From Bradymonadales bacterium (GTDB lineage Bacteria; Myxococcota_A; Bradymonadia; UBA4248), in the NCBI GenBank assembly GCA_041656175.1, contig JBBAEA010000001.1:7559-71558 (forward strand): a stretch of 64,000 nucleotides of DNA, read 5' to 3'. Shown here piece after piece: positions 57,252 to 64,000 of this stretch (position 1 is the first letter of the stretch; each line of letters begins with the position of its first letter). The translations under genes were made by a program, and so were the position numbers. The notes beneath the pieces are model-generated. The model searched no databases and was not told the DNA's origin. It saw nothing but the letters and a program-made list of their open reading frames with translations.

Positions 57252-58778
57252 ATGTCGAATATTTTGCTGATGAATCGTTGCTCGCATGAGATGCGCGTGG
57301 CGCTGGTTGAGGGTGGGAGCATTGCGGAGTTTTTTGTGGAGCGCAATGTGGAGCGGGGGAGTGCGGGTAACATTTACAAGGGCAAGGTGATTCGGGTGCT
57401 GCCGGGGATGCAGGCGGCGTTTGTGGATATTGGGCAGGAGAAGGCGGCTTTTCTGTACGTGACGGATGTGTATAATAAGCATGAGGCGTACATGCAGGAG
57501 GTGGATGCGGATGCGATTGATGATCCGGAGATTCCGCAGTCGAGGGGGATGCATCGGCCTATTGGGGCGATTGAGGAGCATTTGCATGCGGGGCAATCGA
57601 TTCTCGTGCAGGTGTCGAAGGAGGCCATAGGCAGTAAGGGCGCGCGGGTGACGAGTCATATTTCGCTGCCGGGGCGTTTTTTGGTGCATATGCCGACCTT
57701 TGATCATTGTGGGGTTAGTCGGCGGATTCAGGGGGAGGGCGAGCGGGCGCGTTTGCGGGATCTGGTTAACGAGAGGCGTAAGGCGGGGACGGGAATTATT
57801 GTGCGTACGGCGAGTGAGGGGGCGAGTGAGCAGCAGATTGATGATGATTTTGAGTATTTAACGAATTTGTGGCGCAATATTATGGAGGGTTTTGAGACGA
57901 AACCGGCGCCGTCTCAGCTGTATGAGGAGCTGGATTTGCCGCTGCGCGCGATTCGGGACCTGTTGACGGACGGGGTCGAGGCGTTGGTGGTGGATTCGAA
58001 AGAAGATTTTGAGCGAATTAGCGAGTTTATTGAGAATTTTATGCCGAGTTATGCTTCGGCGCTGCGCTTGTATAATGACGCAGAGCCGATTTTTGATGCA
58101 TACGGGATAGAACTCGAGGTTTCGCGGGCGTTGGCGCGAAAGGTTTGGCTGCGAAGCGGTGGTTACCTTGTGTTTGACACGGCAGAGGCGCTAACGGCGA
58201 TTGATGTGAACACGGGGAAGTTTGTTGGCAAGCATACGCTTGAAGAGACCATTTTGCAGATTAACCTCGAGGCAGTCAAAGAGATTGCTTACCAACTTAG
58301 GTTACGCAACATCGGCGGAATTGTGATTATTGACTTTATCGATATGGAACGCAGCGTCAATAGAGATAAGGTTTTTGCGGCGCTGGAGGAAGCGCTTGCC
58401 ACGGATAAGGCAAAGACTCATGTGCTTAAAATCAGCGAGTTTGGCCTAGTCGAAATGACGCGAAAGCGAGTGCGCGAGAGTTTGATCCAGACTGTTTGCG
58501 AGCCTTGTTTTTATTGCGAAGCTAAGGGATATATTAAGAGTAGGCAGAGTGTGGGCTTTGAAATTTTGCGCGAAATCCAAAGAGAGGTCATGATGGGTGC
58601 GATGGGGTGGATTAATGTTTATGCGCACCCAGAGGTTGCGCATTATCTTTATGATGATGAAAGAGAAGCTATAGAGGCTATGGAGAAGCGCTATGGCCTC
58701 AGCATTGAGATACGCGCAAACACGGGTTTGCACCACGAACAATTTGAACTTGTCACGGGGAATGCGATGAGGCGATAA
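57252..58778 (+). CDS. rng: Ribonuclease G (RNase E/G family)
   Basis: S1 domain (GNIYKGKVIRVLPGMQAAFVDIG). RNase E/G catalytic core with DxxxxxD metal ligands. The Zn-link-like CEPCFYCEAKG. Confidence 0.85.
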   Translation: MSNILLMNRCSHEMRVALVEGGSIAEFFVERNVERGSAGNIYKGKVIRVLPGMQAAFVDIGQEKAAFLYVTDVYNKHEAYMQEVDADAIDDPEIPQSRGMHRPIGAIEEHLHAGQSILVQVSKEAIGSKGARVTSHISLPGRFLVHMPTFDHCGVSRRIQGEGERARLRDLVNERRKAGTGIIVRTASEGASEQQIDDDFEYLTNLWRNIMEGFETKPAPSQLYEELDLPLRAIRDLLTDGVEALVVDSKEDFERISEFIENFMPSYASALRLYNDAEPIFDAYGIELEVSRALARKVWLRSGGYLVFDTAEALTAIDVNTGKFVGKHTLEETILQINLEAVKEIAYQLRLRNIGGIVIIDFIDMERSVNRDKVFAALEEALATDKAKTHVLKISEFGLVEMTRKRVRESLIQTVCEPCFYCEAKGYIKSRQSVGFEILREIQREVMMGAMGWINVYAHPEVAHYLYDDEREAIEAMEKRYGLSIEIRANTGLHHEQFELVTGNAMRR

Positions 58779-58791
58779 CGAGGGTTGAGCT

Positions 58792-61698
58792 TTGAGATGT
58801 AAACACTGTAATGGCGAATTACCAAGCGAGCGGAAGCTGGACTTGTGCCCGCATTGCGAGAGACGTGTGGAGTTGGCTTCCTACACCGCCGACCCCAAGC
58901 AGGGGCTTGAGCGCTTGGAGCGGGAGAAGCTAAATTTTCTTAAAAAATCGTCGACTATCTCAAAGTATGAAGCGGAGAACATCAAGCGTTTTGCTGTCCC
59001 AGAGCGTAGAGACGAAGTTGAATTTACGGATTCATTCGATTTTGGCGGTCCCACTGAATTTAGCGTGGCGCCTAGTTTTGGTGCTACTGACGTATTTAGC
59101 GAATTCAACGACTTTGCGCCAAGCTCTGATTTTGGCGCCAGCAGCGAGTTTGAGCATTCTACGCAATTTGGCCTTCCGCTTGCGGACTACCAAGATGGCG
59201 ATGAAGTCGAGGATGGGGAGTCGTACGATTTTGGGGGCGCTACGATCTTGGAGCCGGGCTTAGGTCTTGGGCTTTTTGCAGAAGATCAAATTCAAGAAGA
59301 AAACGCGCAGTCCCATGAAGACGGCGAGAGCGATCCAACGCAAACGGACTGGTATAGATTTAGTAAGCCCGCGGAGCTACTAAGCGAGGACGTCATCAAG
59401 GCGAGTTTGGGGCGAGGGAGTGTTGAGGCTACGCCGAGCTCTAGCCAAGAGCAGCTGTCTCGGGATATGACGACGCAGGAGAAGCTACCGTGGGCTTTGG
59501 ATCGCGCGAGTAAGGCACCCCAAAAAGCAGAGTCACAACGTTTTTCGGGAGCAAAAATTTTGCGTCCCGTCAAAATTGTTCCTCGAAGCCAGCGTGCAGC
59601 CAAAGACCTTGTACAAAAAGACCTTGTACAAAAAGACCTTGTACAAAAAGACCTTGTACAAAAAGACCTTGTACAAAAAGACCTTGTACAAAAAGAGACT
59701 AAAACCGACGAGGCGATGCGGAACTCTTTGTCGGCACTTATCCCAGAGGCGAGCGTAGAAGAATACGATGCGAATTTCACGGCACTGCAGTTCAAAGTCG
59801 CTAAAACTGCTGAGCGCGAGCCTGTGCGGCAAGAACTAGACGATACTGCCAAGCTGCGAAATAGCTCTCTTTCCGACATCGTAAGCGTAACAGAGCCGGA
59901 TTTACTGAAGGAGGGAGCCGATGGATTTAGGGCGAGCGTTCTAGAAATTGATGAAGCAGATTTGCAGGAAGTAGACGCTAGCGACGAATTTACGCACAGC
60001 AGCGAAGCCGAAATTGAACAGCTCTCCGAACTCAAAACACTCCTACCTGATTCTCCGGATTTCTCTGCCTCACTCTCTGATCTCAAAACCTTGCTCCCCG
60101 ATTCCGCCCAACCGCAACTCGCGCTGGAGCTGCCATACTCACCGCGCAAGGAATTAGTGCGTGTATCCGCGGCAGAGAGCGAGTTTTCTTTACAAAATGA
60201 CGACGCCGAAGCTGAAGAAAGTTCAGGTATTGAAATTCTCCCACAAGTTGAAGAAAAGCTACGTGCTAACCTAACTCCCTTCCTTTGGCTTGGGATCTTT
60301 GCCCTGTTATTTTTAGCATCCTTACTACTTCTTTACTTCCTCGGCTATTTTGACGCCCGTCGCGGACATGCTCCCAAAAGCAAAGAAGGGCAGCGCGTCG
60401 AGGTTGAGCAGGAGGAGCCAGAATCAAGATTGCCGCGCGAGGATATTTATAATCTCGAACGCGCTACGCGCCGAGCGTCTGAATCCGCACACAGAGCCTT
60501 TGATTTTCAAGCGCATCTCTTGCCCACCCTCATCAAAAAAGCGCAAGAGGCTCAAAACGCCGACGAGGCTATCTCGCACTGGGCCAATGCCCACGCGCTT
60601 TTCCCGCACTCTCTGCCCGCCATTCACGGTTTAGGCAATGCCCTCATTCAAGCCAAACGCTACCGCGAAGCGCGCGAGGCGCTACGGGCTTCGCAAGACG
60701 CCATCGCTTTTGACGAAGAGACCCAAGCCCTTGTCCTACGCGCTTTTCGCGAAGACCCCTATTTCATTTCGCCGCCAGAATACATCGACGACCTACGCTG
60801 GGATGTCATCGATCCCCTCGGCGGCGGTTCCACTCTAACCTTCAAAATCCAAAATAAGGGCAAAATCATCGCAGCCCTCAAACCCCTCCAAACTCGCCGA
60901 CAATCCAACTACCGCGCAGAAATTGCGGCGTGGCGCATCTGCGAATTGCTGCAATGCGACTTTAAAGTTCCGTATAACAAAGAAGTTCGCGTTGAAAAAT
61001 CCGTCTTTTTGACCATGTATTCACGCTCCACCTCCAGCCGAAAAGATAGCTATACCCCGCAATTGGTCGATTTAATCTGGACGCGCCACGATGGCAAGGA
61101 ATACTTACACGCCACCTTAAAAGAGTGGATCGAGGACTTTACACGCTTCCCCATCGAATATACTTCGCTTTGGAAGCCATGGCTTGCACAAAATTCAGCG
61201 CCCGCTCCAAGCGAACTTAAAAATTCACTCGCCCCTATTCAAGAGCGCAGCCGAATTAATCGCCTTTACGACAAAATCCTCGCCGCCGCCCCCGATCTCG
61301 ATACCCAAGGCTTAGCAGCCCAAATCGCACAAGTACTCATCTTTGACTACCTCACGGGCAACTGGGATCGCTTTAGCGGAGTGGAGGATTGGTGGGGCGT
61401 CAACTGCCAATTTGCCAAAAACAAAATTGTTTCAATCGACAATGGCGCCGCTTTCCAGCCATATTCAAACAAAAAGGTTCTGGAGCGTTTTCTACTCGCT
61501 CAAAAGTACGGCCGGCGCTTTATTCGCGACCTTCACGCTTTGGACAAAGACGAGACCTTGGCTTTGCTTTTCCCCGATGCAGATTCACGTGAACTGCGCA
61601 GTTATGAACAATTTTGGCGTCAGCGCAGCGCGCTTTTGGCGCATGTTGACTCGCTGGTCGAGCAATACGGCGCCGAAAACGTTTACGCCTTCCCCTAA
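58792..61698 (+). CDS. Zinc-ribbon / acidic disordered region with KDLVQ x6 repeat / single TM / C-terminal type II PI4-kinase-like (PI3_PI4-kinase superfamily) domain protein
   Basis: N-terminus CKHCNG...CPHCERR. A 15-bp tandem repeat x6 at 59602-59691. TM LTPFLWLGIFALLFLASLLLLYFLGYF followed by a basic stretch. The C-terminal domain motifs GGGSTLTFKIQNKGKIIAALKP, LIFDYLTGNWDRFSG and IVSIDNGAAF match the PI4KII signatures GSSGSYFVKD.GRIIAVFKP, LDYIIRNTDRGNDN and AIDNGLAFP. Confidence 0.6.
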   Translation: MRCKHCNGELPSERKLDLCPHCERRVELASYTADPKQGLERLEREKLNFLKKSSTISKYEAENIKRFAVPERRDEVEFTDSFDFGGPTEFSVAPSFGATDVFSEFNDFAPSSDFGASSEFEHSTQFGLPLADYQDGDEVEDGESYDFGGATILEPGLGLGLFAEDQIQEENAQSHEDGESDPTQTDWYRFSKPAELLSEDVIKASLGRGSVEATPSSSQEQLSRDMTTQEKLPWALDRASKAPQKAESQRFSGAKILRPVKIVPRSQRAAKDLVQKDLVQKDLVQKDLVQKDLVQKDLVQKETKTDEAMRNSLSALIPEASVEEYDANFTALQFKVAKTAEREPVRQELDDTAKLRNSSLSDIVSVTEPDLLKEGADGFRASVLEIDEADLQEVDASDEFTHSSEAEIEQLSELKTLLPDSPDFSASLSDLKTLLPDSAQPQLALELPYSPRKELVRVSAAESEFSLQNDDAEAEESSGIEILPQVEEKLRANLTPFLWLGIFALLFLASLLLLYFLGYFDARRGHAPKSKEGQRVEVEQEEPESRLPREDIYNLERATRRASESAHRAFDFQAHLLPTLIKKAQEAQNADEAISHWANAHALFPHSLPAIHGLGNALIQAKRYREAREALRASQDAIAFDEETQALVLRAFREDPYFISPPEYIDDLRWDVIDPLGGGSTLTFKIQNKGKIIAALKPLQTRRQSNYRAEIAAWRICELLQCDFKVPYNKEVRVEKSVFLTMYSRSTSSRKDSYTPQLVDLIWTRHDGKEYLHATLKEWIEDFTRFPIEYTSLWKPWLAQNSAPAPSELKNSLAPIQERSRINRLYDKILAAAPDLDTQGLAAQIAQVLIFDYLTGNWDRFSGVEDWWGVNCQFAKNKIVSIDNGAAFQPYSNKKVLERFLLAQKYGRRFIRDLHALDKDETLALLFPDADSRELRSYEQFWRQRSALLAHVDSLVEQYGAENVYAFP

Positions 61699-61750
61699 AG
61701 CCCAGAAAACATGATGAATTCAAGCCATAAAGATTTCTTTTTTGGGGTAG

Positions 61751-61891
61751 GGGGAAGTTTCCCCCTCGCGCGGGCTTCCCACAAAATCCGCTTAGCGCCG
61801 CGTTATTTTATGCGTCGTTCTCGCTTTACGCTCGACCACCGCATAAAATGCGGCGCTATGCGTCTTTTGCGCGTGATCCCGCGCTACCCCC
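61751..61891. repeat. MITE-like element, family 1, overlapping the annotated 5' end of the downstream lipoprotein ORF
   Basis: GGGGGaagtttCCCCCTCGCGCGGGCTTCCC ... palindrome TTATTTTATGCGTCG.../...CGCATAAAATGCGGCG ... GCGTGATCCCGCGCTACCCCC. Confidence 0.85.
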
Positions 61892-63159
61892 TCAGATTTT
61901 TTGCACAAAACTTTGTGTATGCTATTTTAGTCTTGTTTGCATGTTTTTCTCTATTAATGATTGCAGGGTGCAGTGTTATTACAAGCGCCGATGGCTGTTT
62001 TGAGGAGAGCAAGGACTCGGGTCGGATTTCACGCAATGAAAACAATCTGCCATTTATGCATTTTTTCAAGTTAAATTTGAAGCAATACAACGAAAATATT
62101 GCGGGCAGTATTGAGCTTTTTACTCTACCCAACTACACCTTATTTATGCAACAACCCACGCACATGACTCAAAGCGCGGAGCATTATTTTTGCACGCGGC
62201 TTGAGGATGGCTATCGACGTGGGGATTCTGTTTTTTTGATCTTTGCCGATGCGTTGAACCGACGCTGGCTTTTGAACGCAAAGCTCAACGATGTAAAATT
62301 TATCGGTAATCTGTCGCGTTTAAACGCCAACAACATACCGATTTTGACGAAAGTCGATGGCTGTGAACCGCTGCTTGCTGAGGATGCGAATTTTCGCAAT
62401 ACGCATGGTCTAAGTGAAAACCAAATAGTTTTCGACTTAGTACGAAGTGATGTTCCAGAGGAGAAGTTGGACTGTGTAGAATACTACGTAAAATCGACAT
62501 ACAATGTCCAAATTCCCTTTCAGTTACCGAGCTGTAATCATCTACGCATGGCTTTGGTGCTAACGCGCATACAGGCGAGTAATATAGTGGATCAGCCTAC
62601 AGATGCGCTAACGTTTCATGAGTATGCAACGGCGTCGATGGATATTTTTGACATCAATCCTAGCTACAATACTTTAGCCTTTTATTTTCGCTCATTGCCA
62701 AAGCTTCTACTCAAAACGGAGCCGAAATTCGCTATTGGGAACTTGATTATATACGAAGATTTACCGCCTTATAACAATCGTTGGGACAACATAGCGACAG
62801 GTAATATGGATGAGCCGCTTCTTGCGTACTTACCGTATCAAACGCTGATTTTTCACGATGTCAAAGACCCCAAAATCCGACTATATCCACGCCGTTCAGA
62901 CTATAGCTCTCAGGAGGAGCCGCTAAATACAGAGCAGTGGGAGCGAAAACCAGGTTGGTACGTTTATAGTTACGTTGCCGAAAATGTTAAAATGGAGAAC
63001 TTTAAGATACAACTTATACAGAAGCTGCAAAGAGAGGATATCGTCGAGTTGCAACTTAAAAGCATAGCCGAAGAGTGCCAACACTGCTATATGAGTAGCA
63101 GAAGCGCTGAACCCCATTGTGCTGACTGTCCCACTGTATTTAAGGCTTTATCATTATAA
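61855..63159 (+). CDS. Hypothetical lipoprotein (start uncertain; the 5' end of the ORF overlaps a MITE)
   Basis: Lipobox LLMIAGC-S. No recognised domain. The ORF-track start at 61711 and the first in-frame ATG both lie inside MITE copy 61751-61891. Confidence 0.4.
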   Translation, partial: AMRLLRVIPRYPLRFFAQNFVYAILVLFACFSLLMIAGCSVITSADGCFEESKDSGRISRNENNLPFMHFFKLNLKQYNENIAGSIELFTLPNYTLFMQQPTHMTQSAEHYFCTRLEDGYRRGDSVFLIFADALNRRWLLNAKLNDVKFIGNLSRLNANNIPILTKVDGCEPLLAEDANFRNTHGLSENQIVFDLVRSDVPEEKLDCVEYYVKSTYNVQIPFQLPSCNHLRMALVLTRIQASNIVDQPTDALTFHEYATASMDIFDINPSYNTLAFYFRSLPKLLLKTEPKFAIGNLIIYEDLPPYNNRWDNIATGNMDEPLLAYLPYQTLIFHDVKDPKIRLYPRRSDYSSQEEPLNTEQWERKPGWYVYSYVAENVKMENFKIQLIQKLQREDIVELQLKSIAEECQHCYMSSRSAEPHCADCPTVFKALSL

Positions 63160-63191
63160 TACGCTTTTGAAGCGAGTACGTTAACGAAGCT

Positions 63192-64000
63192 ATGTCACCA
63201 TTTTATGCACAAACTCAAGCGAACTGGCAATTTGTACAAAGGATTTTGTACTTAAGAGTCTTTGTTCTGCTGATTGCTGTTTGTGCGTTACTAAGCCCTT
63301 GGAAGCTTGTATTTGCACAAGAACTTACGAGTCAATACTTCGCCAAAGCTGCGCCAGAGCAGGAGCTAACGGTAGCGATAGTCCCCAATACCGTCTCCTT
63401 GTATTTGTATCCAGATACGACCTTACACTTTGACATTGACACGGCCGAGCTGCGTCAAGCGATGCAGAATTTTGTTGTGAATTATCCGTATACAAAATTG
63501 TTGACCCACAAAGAACTTGTGAAAAAGCTGCAAGTAGAGAGCCCAGCTCGAGCTTCAGCCTATGGTCAATCTTTGATAGATATAGGATATGCGCGCACGC
63601 ACTTGTCGAACTTTAGCATTGAACCTGCTATATCCTTGCTATCTCGTATTATCGACAATCACCAAGTCGCACTCACGTACGCATACGCGCCACTCGCCTT
63701 GGCCGAAGCTTATCAGTATCTTGGCTATGCGCTTTTAGATAAGGTCGCCAATGAACCCGAACTTGAGGCAACTTTACGCGAAGAGATCCGCAGTAGCTTC
63801 CTCGAAATGGTACGCTTAGCGCCGCACGTCGTATTGCGAAGCGGAAGACAGCCCGAGGAGCGTGTCGTTGTATATAATGAAGCGCGTCATCTCTTTCTCC
63901 AAAACAGCGCGATACGAAAAACAGGTGAAGATTTAGCTCAACGCATTGCGGATGCGCTCAAGGTAGATGTTTTGCTTTTTCCTAGAGTTGTACAAAATGC
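63192..64000 (+). CDS. Hypothetical exported protein, 3'-truncated by the window end
   Basis: Open frame with no stop from the ATG at 63192 to the window edge. N-terminal signal-like LRVFVLLIAVCALLSPWKLVFA. Not in the ORF track because it lacks a stop. Confidence 0.35.
   Translation, partial: MSPFYAQTQANWQFVQRILYLRVFVLLIAVCALLSPWKLVFAQELTSQYFAKAAPEQELTVAIVPNTVSLYLYPDTTLHFDIDTAELRQAMQNFVVNYPYTKLLTHKELVKKLQVESPARASAYGQSLIDIGYARTHLSNFSIEPAISLLSRIIDNHQVALTYAYAPLALAEAYQYLGYALLDKVANEPELEATLREEIRSSFLEMVRLAPHVVLRSGRQPEERVVVYNEARHLFLQNSAIRKTGEDLAQRIADALKVDVLLFPRVVQN

Noticed and set aside
58792-61698. Reading the C-terminal domain as a Hanks-type Ser/Thr kinase or a HipA-like kinase
   Set aside because: There is no GxGxxG...VAIK...HRD...DFG Hanks arrangement. 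The spacing and residues of the Gly-loop, the DxxxxN-DR loop and the DNG loop fit the PI4K type II pattern better. This is still to be confirmed by a profile search.

Overview
This 64 kb window is a dense bacterial chromosomal segment with roughly 50% GC. Most genes sit on the minus strand and are tightly packed. It combines conserved housekeeping genes with lineage-specific proteins: the β-CASP ribonuclease RNase J, hslVU, malQ, asd, aqpZ, galU, glmM, rex, RNase G, lexA, a family-4 uracil-DNA glycosylase, a POT peptide transporter, and an RND efflux operon of the MFP-RND-OMF type. The lineage-specific proteins point to a Myxococcota- or Bdellovibrionota-like organism, although this assignment is inference. 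The evidence is three proteins that begin with a Cys4 zinc ribbon of the MJ0042 type, two of which carry AgmX/PglI-like C-terminal domains, plus a MYXO-CTERM-like tail on a secreted M23 peptidase. The intergenic space holds two families of small MITE-like elements made of nested palindromes, with at least 12 copies of family 1 and about 6 copies of family 2. There is also a roughly 500 bp array of about 22 copies of the heptamer CACGAAA/TTTCGTG. The standout candidate is a 968-aa protein (58792..61698) that fuses an N-terminal zinc ribbon, a disordered acidic region with a KDLVQ x6 repeat, one TM helix and a C-terminal domain. That C-terminal domain shares signature motifs with eukaryotic type II phosphatidylinositol 4-kinases. 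Other loci worth follow-up are a putative PqqD-like/methyltransferase fusion next to a DnaQ exonuclease and a DJ-1 protein, an operon of unknown proteins that includes a BRCT-domain protein, an FN3/CFIATAAWG-motif/β-barrel fusion, and an M23 peptidase with about ten tandem Cys-rich modules. No CRISPR array, rRNA, tRNA, integrase or transposase could be supported.
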